Virus record (IMG/VR): IMGVR_UViG_3300042282_000085
Reading direction: 5' to 3' (one strand)
Length of the DNA: 64,000 bases
From: a virus
Lineage: Duplodnaviria; Caudoviricetes
The notes below the pieces were generated by a model. That model made no database searches, had not been told where the DNA came from, and saw only the letters and a program-made list of their open reading frames with translations. The position numbers were made by a program, and so were the translations under genes. Below are positions 11,801 through 20,289 of this stretch, in pieces (position 1 is the stretch's first letter; each line of letters starts with the position of its first letter).

Positions 11801-14034
11801 TACTGGACTCGGATGCACGTCTGGATGAGATGGACGGTGAAACCCGTGCGCTCTTCTTGAAGCGCGTGAAGATGGAACAGATACCACCAGGGCTCCATAC
11901 CCATCCCTATGAGGTCATGAATAGTCCCTATGGGGGCGAGAAATCCATCGCTAGCAAAGAAGACATCTACGCGTACATTGAGTTACTCGCCAAAGCTGAA
12001 GAGGTGGAAACCCCTGAGGTGGCTGGTGCCAGTGGTGAGATGAAGCGTGGTCTTCTGGCCAGTATCTGGGGCAAGGTAGCGGAAAAGGCTGAGGGAATAA
12101 AGGCAGGCGTCAGTGCCGCGATTGAGACTGTCCGTGAGAAGGGGGTTGTGGGTGCACTGGGAGATGCACTAACCAAAGCAGCGCCTGCAATCGCGAAGGC
12201 GATACCGGGTGCCGGTGCGGTTATGTACTTAGGTGGCAAAGCAGTAGAAGCCTTGCGTAAGGATACGGAGGTGGAGCCTATTGAGGGACTGAGGCTCTTG
12301 CAGTACGGTGTAAACCTCAAGGACCGTACCTTTGTAAAACGGGTGCGTGAGTTGGAGTTACTTGCACTGGATGCGGTCACCTGGGTAGGCAAGCGTGCAG
12401 AGATAACGGAAGATCCCGAGTATTTCTTTAAGCAGATGGCCGAGTCGATGGGACTGTCCTTTACCAATGAGGCGAATGCCAAAGCCTGGACCACGTGGTT
12501 TGCTAAACGCTTTACTCCGGTACTCCTTACACACCTCCAAACCCTTAAACTGCTGGATGAGATTCTGGAGCTTGAGGAGATCGATAAGCGCATGTCCGTA
12601 GAGATGAAAATTGAATATGTAAACCGTGTTCAATTCACTGCGAATGACATTGCGTCTGGGAAGGACCCCTATGCGATCACGGATAGCCCCATGTACGGTG
12701 TAGTCGTAGAGTCGCTCAGGGAAGTGATTGCCGTGTATACGAAACGTCTGCTGGATACATTAGCGACGGGTCGGATCAACAACAATCAGTCCTTCATGCC
12801 ACCTGAGGTGAAGGCGAACGATAAAGCTACAGAGGCCATTTCGCAGGCGAAGGAAACGCAACAGGCTATTAGCAAACAGCGCAGTGAGGAGGCTAAGTCC
12901 AAGGCGGGTAACAACAGTCCAGTGGAAACCGCCAATGGCATGGGCCGCTCAGAGATGGGTAGTGCCTCTAATGGCGATGCACCGGATGCGGATGGCAATA
13001 TGCCTGCAGGTGTACCGGATGCACCCAGTAACATGAAACCATCTGGAGATGGCAGCATGCTCATGCCTGCACAGGGACGTATTAGCTCTGCGTACGGTCG
13101 CCGCATGCATCCAACTCGAAAGGAGATGCACGGTCATGGGGGGATCGACATTGCTGCACCTACTGGTACGCCGGTGTACGCGGCAATGGATGGCACTATC
13201 TCTCGTCAGTACCGCAGCAGTAGTTACGGCAACGTTATCTACATTAACCACCCTGATGGTCGCGCTACGCGCTACGCTCACTTGAGTCGGTTTGCGGCAG
13301 GGACAGGGGCTGGCGCTGTTGTGAAGCAGGGCCAGATAATTGGGTATGTAGGGTCAACGGGTGTCTCTACCGGTCCTCACTTGCACTTTGAGGTGAGAGA
13401 AGGCCATGCACAGCGCTCACCCACGGCGGATCCAATGAAGTTTATTGGTCCGGCACGGGAAATGCTGGCTCAGCAAGAGAAGGAGGTCAAGGAAGCTGAG
13501 AAGGGTGATGATATTGGGGATCAAGACTTCTCCTTGGAGGGCGTTGATACCATCGCATCGACTACCCTGAAGAAGCCTGTATTGGCGGACGCAGGTATCT
13601 CCGACGATGACCCCAGTGTTAATGCAACGGCTAACAACGACCCTGTAGCGAGCGCATTGCCTGTTAGTCCTAAGGTAGGGCCCAGTGGAGTAGACGGTAC
13701 CCTAACGGCTCAGACAGGCGGTACGGCTAACCTGCCGGATGTAGGGGCAGGCGCTGCCGGTGTGGACGTGGAGCGTTTAGTTGGCGAGCAAACGAAGCAT
13801 GCCTCTGAAGCACAACGTCTACGTGAACGTCAGGTCATGACCCAAGAAGAAACCAATGCGAAGATGGACCGACTCATTGCCGCTATTGAAAACCAGCAAC
13901 CTCCTCAGGTGAACGTATCTGCAGGAGAACCCAGTCAGCCTAAAGGCACTAAACCTAATACGCCTGTTGGACGGCGTAAAGGGGATTCCCAAGGATCGGG
14001 ATATAACGGTGTCGTTGGATTTGACTATTCATAA
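5833..14034 (+). CDS. Giant tail protein (phiKZ gp181-like) with a C-terminal M23 metallopeptidase domain
   Basis: 2733 aa with AGGAGG RBS, divergent from beta' as gp181 is. N-terminal YQRKSLELQHRQYF and RRSIIEIIPGYLSRI motifs. M23 motifs HGGID, YAHL and TGPHLHFE at ~13130-13395. Confidence 0.85.
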   Translation: MAKYDDDVDFDIDALDDLDVPDIDIMPDDSAAADNRTPATRVADGALKSVLRTSTARTAARAIKENALPEGYSMAIDAADDALSLGQDLYDAAAKELEPAVKAAQKMLRKSQEKADKYLPKWLADTVKKLGGEAEEARQYVDPNESAIAGSLGSIFDKYREATAQTAATEANLTLEDKQRSVDRKIAIEQGDRQYNQLTSISEGISKLVGYQESVLFDYQRKSLELQHRQYFAARDLLTVTKAMADQNLHELKAVVKNTGLPEAVKLRLSEQYGQVATNQLIGRVQGSVHDFVANYTSEFRERAFKKITGAARDLKDGVLMGADMYEQMSEMGETMDEAGIDRARMAGEQLGAMGTSAAFKYGARLAGDRLVTRNKYQERSRLIKLLDPDNRLSSRAAKALEARIQQYEASGEPLDLQALTDKESYEDKRVGEEIAETISTSSGLFGGRKRKINAQFKRVLNASETVERGRFLRGADTMQYLIENAPKVANDWARSGRSVFDNVEVENETLQRLLESGGVQAVEDFIRELAPTFKESFSVNSNLHADAANAVGFDLLTRRSIIEIIPGYLSRILQQVTTVATGESAERITYSTEREQFVSQSTQDNIVASRLFDQRNVDNRLNDADAVTKLLGGENLDDDVKAALNRRILQLRDDGSTLSLNNLRKTSVAGEDEGLTAALETFLDSEDINFDSENKIKLSRLYDRITAMTRDVNQGLADTNKVADKETLYRLGIVDPKTGKVNAEKVRAYIDGRLRPGEGGEGPAPSADPSPLPAPGPDTAPIVGDTLTHEYLDLILDAITSGNSGTLTAIEGIQFDAADIGTHERLDTIASTLSEGFEGTYGRLDAITNKAGETGTFSNTVNYNTTSTVNWDDFTPQRKLLVEELFSQFTTLTSTYDGIPIAVDLRSEAPQGTLDASPTHERLDAILDAINGNFETNHVLLQAVAENAGRGGEGGDTVSVEEMGSGLLGKLRSGAGSLVGMLGSYYSWLGRTSLKTVQTAKDVALDVGNRVLKRTGATGVRDIYVKGKPGVVISAKGLRNGWYFDAETKAPIATMEDIQGPVVDLDGNFVLTQEDYDLGIEDRFGNTLIEAGKGLMRGLGSIYGAQFALMGAVLKAPMAVVQKVKDRFDGVKDVYVKGEGTPRMRALLMRNGGYISSRSQKVITHQGQIDGEVLDSKGNIVISLDDIETGLVDRWGISIEAKGLSGLLGGLAGRGLELGGKLLGKGAKLYGQYLKGVGKATAGIAGGIWGVAKEGGRRLAGGGGMSREEMMAMFREMQGGGAPELDPSERETLSLWQKLKDQNLTPDMLKSMDLDELKARIPDLNMDALNVGSMEELTAKLSEVGESVRQALTGNQMDIGSRKLLPVLIEQLNVQQGIYRHLTGESWSSSGTDIIRDSYDDILANDDNVSGLKDTVAKVTDNFAREVGKEDDEEGHRAGSWRDQRSQLTPEEVKVKEEEKKEEKEEKNSWLMDIIGSLGGLFMSGIGALGDKLMIAMGIKSAASTAGDVLDGVDALGNARGTPPGGRKPGLLGKSWNLLKRGAKGAGGLLKRGALAAAPLLASSKVGAAVLAGGAKLASGAAAIGGAIAAAPVGLIIGGAVAVGAAAYGGYKLWSHFRDNASLEPLEALRFMQYGIDTTDQEFIAHVRRIEREFIDDISWEGMRATFKGDQVEYFHEFGEDMGMDLNNMNDATEWQTWFVKRFGPILLTHLTVLKKIDEDVDVTDVDDELDPKYHADYIKRVQITADDVANGFNPYEWVASPFKGHEVRNMVEEISEYTEVLLKAAEAGNVEDVEVDSKGTFSTLVEGAKKVYGAVAKVVPGVALMGRVASGVHSAVSTVADTVREKGVLGAAKAGITAVAGSIPFIGGFFKKDEEEETQTSGKLAPNAKWTLLRMMMYGLGKDANPEAIKAVMALERKLGKDTASIRSSGELKVDRFKLYKEVAASFNRDPKDRNSQLVWIQWLTDRFAPAFTRYIHSLHAATGDDRLLDSDARLDEMDGETRALFLKRVKMEQIPPGLHTHPYEVMNSPYGGEKSIASKEDIYAYIELLAKAEEVETPEVAGASGEMKRGLLASIWGKVAEKAEGIKAGVSAAIETVREKGVVGALGDALTKAAPAIAKAIPGAGAVMYLGGKAVEALRKDTEVEPIEGLRLLQYGVNLKDRTFVKRVRELELLALDAVTWVGKRAEITEDPEYFFKQMAESMGLSFTNEANAKAWTTWFAKRFTPVLLTHLQTLKLLDEILELEEIDKRMSVEMKIEYVNRVQFTANDIASGKDPYAITDSPMYGVVVESLREVIAVYTKRLLDTLATGRINNNQSFMPPEVKANDKATEAISQAKETQQAISKQRSEEAKSKAGNNSPVETANGMGRSEMGSASNGDAPDADGNMPAGVPDAPSNMKPSGDGSMLMPAQGRISSAYGRRMHPTRKEMHGHGGIDIAAPTGTPVYAAMDGTISRQYRSSSYGNVIYINHPDGRATRYAHLSRFAAGTGAGAVVKQGQIIGYVGSTGVSTGPHLHFEVREGHAQRSPTADPMKFIGPAREMLAQQEKEVKEAEKGDDIGDQDFSLEGVDTIASTTLKKPVLADAGISDDDPSVNATANNDPVASALPVSPKVGPSGVDGTLTAQTGGTANLPDVGAGAAGVDVERLVGEQTKHASEAQRLRERQVMTQEETNAKMDRLIAAIENQQPPQVNVSAGEPSQPKGTKPNTPVGRRKGDSQGSGYNGVVGFDYS

Positions 14035-14040
14035 GTAAGG

Positions 14041-14064
14041 GGGCCTAGCCCCCTTCTTTCTTTT
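14041..14064 (+). terminator. Short GC hairpin with U-rich tail
   Basis: GGGC-CTA-GCCC followed by CTTCTTTCTTTT just after the gp181-like stop; short stem. Confidence 0.35.
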
Positions 14065-14086
14065 GACATACTGTAGGAGTCTAGCT

Positions 14087-16144
14087 ATGGCTACCCCCAT
14101 CCCAGAGAGTGGAATACGGTCAGATGCCGACTGGATTCGACAAGCTTTCTTTGTACCCGGGTTAACCACCAAGAATGGCATTGGCGGTGCAAAGATACGG
14201 GATAGCGAATCTCGAGGGCAGCGGTTTTCATCTGCTGAACTCAAATACACAGATACCACACCGGGTGGTAACTTTGCGATTAACCCCCGTCCACAATTTA
14301 CCCGCTATTGTGACCCTAAGGTACCGGGAATCAATCCAGATAGCCGGGGTATGGGTGAATATTACTCTGAGGCTATTGATGACAATGCACAAATCATCCA
14401 TATGCAGTTTGGGGTACCCGAATATAACTCCCTCACCAACTTCTTTGGTCGATTTTACGATACGGCGGTAGGTCGCTTAGCCAATACCGGGGATGCCTCT
14501 GACTTTACATTCTTTGCAGGACAAGTGGTGGGGTATGTACTAACGGCCCCCTTCCAGGTCGTCAACAGCGTCATTAACTTTGTAAAACGTATCTGGAACT
14601 TTGTAAACGCGACACCCTATAGTCGGTTTTACTACATGAAGCCTGTGATGCCGATGTACTGGTCTACTGTCAGCCATCTGTTAAACCGTATTGGTGTGAA
14701 TATGGGGATTATAAATGGCCCCACACCTGATGACGTTACTCTGGATAGTGAGGGTAGCGCTACCAAGATTACGTATAACAATGGGTTAAGTGCCTCTGAG
14801 TTTGAAGTACTGAACCGGTTGTTACCCGACGTCATGACCTCCGATGGCGGTATAGACGTCTTTGCAATTTCGACTCGCGCCCAGCGCCTTGCGAATGCGC
14901 ATTATAAAACCTTAAATACCTTGGAAAAGAGTTTTCGAGGTCAACCTAAAGAGCTCTTCGATAACGCCGTGTTAAGTTATGTTGAGGGGAACTTTGACCC
15001 TAATCCCCCCAGTAAACATCGTAGCTTACCGGAGTATCTGAATACCTTCTATAAAGGGGGTACCATTGGTCAAGGGGTCGGGGCGGATGACCCTCAGGCA
15101 GCTGTAGATGCACATGCGACCGAAGGCAGCGCCGCAGATAGTGTACCCGACAAGCAAAATGGGAAGTCTATGTCCGATGGCGGTGTTGAGGTTGCCCGTG
15201 CATGGAACGACCCGTCCATGAAGGACTACTTCGATGGGGAGCTAGCCGATGGGGCTGCCTTTGTAAGTTTTGCGGTGGACCATGAAGGTTCAGTGTCGGA
15301 GTCATTTTCGAATAGCTTTAAATCCTCCGATATTGCGGATAAGCTTAACTCGATTAGCTCCTCTGGTCGATCTGCCTACTTCAACATGGCCGGTGGTAAC
15401 ATAGGGGACAATACCATTGTCAATGGCATTGAAAGTATGTTAGGGGGGATAAAGTCGTTCGTACAAGGGGCTTTAAATTCAGTCGGTCTTGGGGGACTCT
15501 CTGCCCTAGGGGGGGCGGCGTACGTCGATATCCCTGAGTTTTGGGACAGCGCCAGTGCGGATCTGCCCAAATCCAACTACACCATTAAACTGTCCTCGCC
15601 CTATGGGAACAAGCTTTCGATTCTACTGAACATTTATCTGCCGCTGTGTATGCTACTGGCAGGTGCGTTGCCGCGTACTACCGGTAAGAACTCTTACACC
15701 AGTCCGTTCCTGTGTAGCTTGTACGCACCGGGTCGTAACGTCATTAAACTGGGTATGATAGACAGTCTTTCCATTACCCGTGGTGATGATAGCATGGGGT
15801 GGTCAGCCGATGGGTTACCGACGTCGGTTGAAGTGAGTTTCTCAGTAGTGAACCTGTCTAAGATTCTACATGTACCGGTGTCAGAATTGGCAGGGCCTAC
15901 GGACGCACTGAAGCTATCCATGATCGATGAGGATACGCCCTTCACGGACTACATGGCGGTGCTAGGTGGACTCTCACTCTATGACCAGTATTACATTGAA
16001 CCCCGTTTGAAGTTAGCGTGGCGAAACCAAATAGCCGACTTTGAGCGTTGGTTCTCCATGTCACACTTTGCCTCGCACTTTGCTGGTACAGAGACTATGG
16101 CGAACCGCGTCATAGGTCCTTTATATCGTGCTGGCGATCGATAA
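14087..16144 (+). CDS. Virion structural/tail protein (phiKZ gp182-like)
   Basis: Follows the gp181-like gene. Motifs KYTDTTPGGNFAINPRPQFTRYCD, SPYGN and SYTSPFLC. ATG 14087 preceded by AGGAG is preferred over TTG 14063. Confidence 0.75.
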   Translation: MATPIPESGIRSDADWIRQAFFVPGLTTKNGIGGAKIRDSESRGQRFSSAELKYTDTTPGGNFAINPRPQFTRYCDPKVPGINPDSRGMGEYYSEAIDDNAQIIHMQFGVPEYNSLTNFFGRFYDTAVGRLANTGDASDFTFFAGQVVGYVLTAPFQVVNSVINFVKRIWNFVNATPYSRFYYMKPVMPMYWSTVSHLLNRIGVNMGIINGPTPDDVTLDSEGSATKITYNNGLSASEFEVLNRLLPDVMTSDGGIDVFAISTRAQRLANAHYKTLNTLEKSFRGQPKELFDNAVLSYVEGNFDPNPPSKHRSLPEYLNTFYKGGTIGQGVGADDPQAAVDAHATEGSAADSVPDKQNGKSMSDGGVEVARAWNDPSMKDYFDGELADGAAFVSFAVDHEGSVSESFSNSFKSSDIADKLNSISSSGRSAYFNMAGGNIGDNTIVNGIESMLGGIKSFVQGALNSVGLGGLSALGGAAYVDIPEFWDSASADLPKSNYTIKLSSPYGNKLSILLNIYLPLCMLLAGALPRTTGKNSYTSPFLCSLYAPGRNVIKLGMIDSLSITRGDDSMGWSADGLPTSVEVSFSVVNLSKILHVPVSELAGPTDALKLSMIDEDTPFTDYMAVLGGLSLYDQYYIEPRLKLAWRNQIADFERWFSMSHFASHFAGTETMANRVIGPLYRAGDR

Positions 16145-16186
16145 AGAAAAAAAGGACACAGCCACCGGGGGTAATCCCCGGTGGCT
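16143..16186. terminator. Terminator between convergent genes
   Basis: AGCCACCGGGG-GTAAT-CCCCGGTGGCT preceded by an A-run (U-tail on the minus strand). Confidence 0.75.
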
Positions 16187-16550
16187 AGTCTTCTATTTCA
16201 CCTTTATACGTAAACGCAATGCCTTCCGCACTACACGCTTTCTCGATCATCTCCTTTAACAGTAATCGATGACAGAACGCACCTGCTTTACAGTAGCAGG
16301 CGATAGCTACCTTAGGTTGACGCAATAGCTTGTCCCATTGTGTAGCGTTGACCCGATAACTCGTACGCATGAGTCGGTAATACTCGGTGCGGTACTCTTC
16401 GGCTGAGATCCGCCCGGCCTTATAATCGCCGAGTAACTTAGGGGTAGGGGCAAAACAACGGTTGCCGCTGCGCAGAGTAATGTCCAATAAAGGAATATCT
16501 TTCGCTTTAACTAACCGCCATTTTGCCAACTGTACTGTATAAAGCTCCAT
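16185..16550 (-). CDS. DUF488-like protein
   Basis: FAPT...Y..EY...CYC.....CHR pattern typical of the DUF488 family. Confidence 0.65.
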   Translation of the reverse strand: MELYTVQLAKWRLVKAKDIPLLDITLRSGNRCFAPTPKLLGDYKAGRISAEEYRTEYYRLMRTSYRVNATQWDKLLRQPKVAIACYCKAGAFCHRLLLKEMIEKACSAEGIAFTYKGEIED

Positions 16551-17683
16551 TATACCGCCAGAGATGGATATTGGGATTGGATGAGATACCCTAAGGACTT
16601 AGGATCGGTATTTAGCCCCTTCGCCATAATAGCGGTTGACTTAAGTGGGTCAAAGGAAGTAAAGACCCTGATCGCATCGTCAGAGGCATATCGAAAGAGG
16701 GTATAGTCGATAATCAACTCCCCATCTCGATCATAGGTTAAGCACCCTTCATCAATTAGATTAAGGTTATCGTAAAAGGCTTCTGCCATGCCACTATGGG
16801 CCGACTTAGGCTCAGCACGATCTAATCGATAGCTATTAAGTAAGCGGCGAACTGTGTCCCGACGCAAAGACGGTGTAGCACGGGAACCCATTGCTTCAAT
16901 GATTGCCGCGACCTGCGCATGGTTACCTGAGTTGGCCGCCGCTAAGGCGACCTGGGTCTGAATAAAGAGTTGCTCTTCAGGGGTTAACTCCGCTGCTTCA
17001 ATCTCAGCAACAATTTCCTCAGGCGTTAGGTAGGGGGTCTTAAGGATCGTTTCACTGTTCAGTGTTGCGAGAGTGCGCACCTTTGTCGGCAGAGGGTGGC
17101 GAGTCCCTAAGTCACTCAGCGTCTCCAGTACCTCTAGACGACTATCTCCCCGGGTAATACCGGCATCTAAATACAGGTCGTCACCGTTTAATTGTCCGCG
17201 ATCCATGGCCCCTAAAATCTGATTAACCGACTCGACGTGTACCGGTAACGTCTTGTTATTCAGTGACCGGTAATCGTCCGGTGACATGGTAGTCTGGATG
17301 AAAGTCAATAGGGCATTGATCTCATTAACACCCAAGCCCCGGAAGCGGTTAAAGAACTCAATGACATCTACCGCCAATGGGAATAGACTCTTGAGGAAGC
17401 TGCGGAGCTGTCCCACCGACAGGCCCAAGGAGAGTAGCTTCTCGAGCAAGAGTTCAAACCCACCCTGAGAGAGGGCAGCTTTCAATGCCTGTAAGTTTTG
17501 ACTCAGTGCCCTTTCAGCTTCTTCTGGGGACTGACCCTCTGCAGCAGCTTCCTGTGCAGCAGCGGCAGCAGCAGCGGCCCCTTCAAACGCACTTAAGATT
17601 TCCCCCTCACCGTATACGTCAACAACCCGCAAACTGTCGTCTGGACCTGTTTTAAAGACCGACTCTTTAGGTGCTACCGGCAT
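16550..17683 (-). CDS. Hypothetical protein, probably a virion protein
   Basis: 377-aa ORF. N-terminal FKTGPDD..VVDVY resembles phiKZ-like structural proteins; stop/start overlap with the next gene. Confidence 0.5.
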   Translation of the reverse strand: MPVAPKESVFKTGPDDSLRVVDVYGEGEILSAFEGAAAAAAAAQEAAAEGQSPEEAERALSQNLQALKAALSQGGFELLLEKLLSLGLSVGQLRSFLKSLFPLAVDVIEFFNRFRGLGVNEINALLTFIQTTMSPDDYRSLNNKTLPVHVESVNQILGAMDRGQLNGDDLYLDAGITRGDSRLEVLETLSDLGTRHPLPTKVRTLATLNSETILKTPYLTPEEIVAEIEAAELTPEEQLFIQTQVALAAANSGNHAQVAAIIEAMGSRATPSLRRDTVRRLLNSYRLDRAEPKSAHSGMAEAFYDNLNLIDEGCLTYDRDGELIIDYTLFRYASDDAIRVFTSFDPLKSTAIMAKGLNTDPKSLGYLIQSQYPSLAV

Positions 17684-17759
17684 GGTTAAACCCTCATCCA
17701 GTTAAAAAAAAAAAGAGGACCTGACTGATCCTCTTGATTTGCTATATTATCGCCTAGCC

Positions 17760-18251
17760 TTAGGTGGCATTGGGCGATAGCTTAACCAACGTCATTGGGA
17801 AGTCCTTAAGTACCTCCAACAACGTATCCCGTATCCGTGCCCAACGTCCACCTGCATGACCGGTCCCGATTAAAGGGAAGACGAAACGAACGTTCATTCC
17901 CTTATAATACTCAGCCAATCGATGACAGACTGTGGTAAATGCCTCGTAATCGAAGTGCTGCTCATAGGCCGGACCATACCGATACTGGCAATAGAGATTA
18001 TGTACAGATATGATGTAGTAGTCATCAATCTCCACACTGGCCATTGACCAGTGGCCAAGTTTCTCACGATCTCCTCGCCCGGTCATCTGATCGGCAATTT
18101 CCACTTCAGGCCACGCCATGGCTATGGCTTTCGCTGCGCCTGCCCCCATGCGGCACTGACAGTTTGCATTGTGTATAACGACAATGTGTTCAGTCCAGTT
18201 CTGTGGGTTTGTTTCAACAACGTCGACAAGGTTGCCGTACAACACATCCAT
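17760..18251 (-). CDS. Macro domain (Appr-1''-p processing / ADP-ribose binding) protein
   Basis: GNLV...HNANCQCRMGAGAAKAI...NLYCQY...FPLIGTGHAGGRW macro-domain signature. Confidence 0.85.
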   Translation of the reverse strand: MDVLYGNLVDVVETNPQNWTEHIVVIHNANCQCRMGAGAAKAIAMAWPEVEIADQMTGRGDREKLGHWSMASVEIDDYYIISVHNLYCQYRYGPAYEQHFDYEAFTTVCHRLAEYYKGMNVRFVFPLIGTGHAGGRWARIRDTLLEVLKDFPMTLVKLSPNAT

Positions 18252-18260
18252 AATGTCTCC

Positions 18261-18554
18261 TTAGTGTACCTTAGGGTCGGCTTCAGGTGCGTAACTGCAG
18301 AATAGACACGGCATGCTCCAGCCAATGAACCCATGTTGATCCACATCGCTTGTATAGTAGAGTTCCCCACCTACACTGGGGAGGGCCAGAATGCGATTCA
18401 ACGGCATATCCAGTGTACGACCCTGTGCCTCTATGTGTACGCTGTGCATTTCCTCATCCACAATAACGTTCAATATGGGATCTCGAATGACCCGACTGCC
18501 CTCTGACAATTTAGGGGCGAGCCGGGTATACAGGGTGTAAAATCCATCATCCAT
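18261..18554 (-). CDS. Hypothetical protein
   Basis: 97-aa ORF tightly packed in the minus-strand operon. Confidence 0.6.
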   Translation of the reverse strand: MDDGFYTLYTRLAPKLSEGSRVIRDPILNVIVDEEMHSVHIEAQGRTLDMPLNRILALPSVGGELYYTSDVDQHGFIGWSMPCLFCSYAPEADPKVH

Positions 18555-18555
18555 A

Positions 18556-19257
18556 TCACTGCCTCACCATCAGTCTCTGCCACCGCGTATCGATCATGCC
18601 ATCCTTGTCCTGAACCAGCGTATTGCTAAACGACATTCCATTGAAGTAATCCGCCGGAACTGTCATAGGCTCCCATCCAGTATACCGCATGCCAACACAT
18701 TGGAAGCGAGGATCCTCGAACCCCTCTACAATGTAGAGTGTGTCAGGAATAGCGGTTTCACCCGGTTTAAGGGTAGGGGTATTCCCTTCACGCAAGGAGG
18801 CAATCAGTGGATCTTCAACGGCACCGGTCTCGCGGTTAATCACATCGATCGCTACGATGCGGGTTTCATCTGATTCCCGCGTGGGAATAAGGTGTACCTC
18901 AAAGCGTATGGCCTTAAAGCGGCGGCCTGCCGTCAGAATTTGAAGTCCCTGATAAAAGTTAGACCATGTCAAGCTGTCACGGGACAGTGCCTTAACCAGG
19001 TTCCCTTTAAGGGAGATGATATCTGACTTTGCATCCGGTCCCCGAGTCTTGAGTTGTTCCTCATACCAGTCCTTGACACAGCGGTCCCAATCTTCAGCAC
19101 CGATTGGCTTTATCCCATGGGGTCCAGAGCCCGCCACCATTAGGGTCTTGGCCCAGAGTTTTGCCAGAATGTCATTCGCCCTGGCAAAAGCGGCTCTAAG
19201 GTCATTGAGCTTAGGGCGCATAGGGGATGAGCGCGTTTTCTTCATAAAGGTCTCCAC
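18556..19257 (-). CDS. Hypothetical protein
   Basis: 233-aa ORF in operon; start codon uncertain. Confidence 0.6.
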   Translation of the reverse strand: METFMKKTRSSPMRPKLNDLRAAFARANDILAKLWAKTLMVAGSGPHGIKPIGAEDWDRCVKDWYEEQLKTRGPDAKSDIISLKGNLVKALSRDSLTWSNFYQGLQILTAGRRFKAIRFEVHLIPTRESDETRIVAIDVINRETGAVEDPLIASLREGNTPTLKPGETAIPDTLYIVEGFEDPRFQCVGMRYTGWEPMTVPADYFNGMSFSNTLVQDKDGMIDTRWQRLMVRQ

Positions 19258-19260
19258 TGA

Positions 19261-19758
19261 CTAAAGTGACAATAGCAAGTCCACCAGTGAACGGGTACCA
19301 CTTTCTAAGGGCGATAGCTTACGTTCTACATAGTGAGGCTGTATGTCCACTAAAGTCTTCAGCTCTAAAAGAAGGGCCTCCAACGAAGCCGTATATTTAC
19401 TAAAAAAGTCGTCCACTGACATACCCCGGCGGTGAGTAGACTCCACCAGCCACTGGTGTGCCGAGGCAACCCCTACTTTAGGGGCGATGCCAGTTTGAAC
19501 ATAATTAAGTACACCGTCCTCTTCGAGTGACCTGCGCATAGACGCTACTAGATCCAACATTACCGTGACATCGGCTATGGTAGATTCAACCTGTAGGGTT
19601 CTTAATATTGCACGGTCTGAGGCACGGTGGCGTAAGCTATATAAAAGTGTAACGTAGGTTGCCAGCCTGTCGTAGTGTGTGGCGTTACGATCCTCCAATT
19701 TAAATAAGGTAAATTCCATGCACAGGCGTCGTAACCCATGCAGTAACTGTTTGACCAT
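19261..19758 (-). CDS. Hypothetical protein
   Basis: ATG 19758 has a GGAGG RBS and lies downstream of a TATATTAC motif. Confidence 0.6.
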   Translation of the reverse strand: MVKQLLHGLRRLCMEFTLFKLEDRNATHYDRLATYVTLLYSLRHRASDRAILRTLQVESTIADVTVMLDLVASMRRSLEEDGVLNYVQTGIAPKVGVASAHQWLVESTHRRGMSVDDFFSKYTASLEALLLELKTLVDIQPHYVERKLSPLESGTRSLVDLLLSL

Positions 19759-19808
19759 TCTGCCTCCTATGGCGCCTATAAGGGTCACAGTACACTCAAT
19801 ACATCAAG

Positions 19809-19822
19809 GTAATATAGGTTTT
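19809..19822 (-). promoter_or_regulatory. phiKZ-type early promoter (AAAACCTATATTAC)
   Basis: Exact TATATTAC, the phiKZ early-promoter consensus, with shared ACC upstream; intergenic; recurs four times in the window. Confidence 0.7.
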
Positions 19823-19889
19823 GCATTCACACGATTGGACTGCACGGTATGATTGTATGACTTTCACCTGCCTTTATTAGGGGTATACC

Positions 19890-20273
19890 ATGAGCAGTCC
19901 ATTAGACACCACCCCTGCATCAGTGTTAAGGCTTGTGCAGGAAAGACGTTTAGCGTTAATCAACGGCAAAGCAGAAGAGATTGATAAAAACCAGGTACAG
20001 GTTTTACGGGACTTGGCTAAAACCAGTATCGATGAGCTGCGGGTTAATGTCGAAGCAGAAGGGCTAGAGTTGGAACGTGAGATGGCGCAAGCCTTTACCC
20101 GTATTGCGGCTAAGGTTACGACCAACCCCTACTTACAAGGGGAAGTGGTTGACCGTCCTGACGTTACGCTCACGCACGATGACATTCCACCCGTTACACT
20201 TGTAGAGGGGGAAACGGCTACTGATCCATCTGATCTGGATTTCAAAACCTTTACTGATACAACCCGCATGTAG
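19890..20273 (+). CDS. Hypothetical protein
   Basis: 127-aa ORF followed by a strong hairpin at 20275-20308. Confidence 0.65.
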   Translation: MSSPLDTTPASVLRLVQERRLALINGKAEEIDKNQVQVLRDLAKTSIDELRVNVEAEGLELEREMAQAFTRIAAKVTTNPYLQGEVVDRPDVTLTHDDIPPVTLVEGETATDPSDLDFKTFTDTTRM

Positions 20274-20289
20274 TGAGTCCCACTGACCC

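Noticed and set aside
17540-17580. GCA/GCT triplet run
   Set aside because: It encodes a poly-Ala linker; no sign of a contingency locus.
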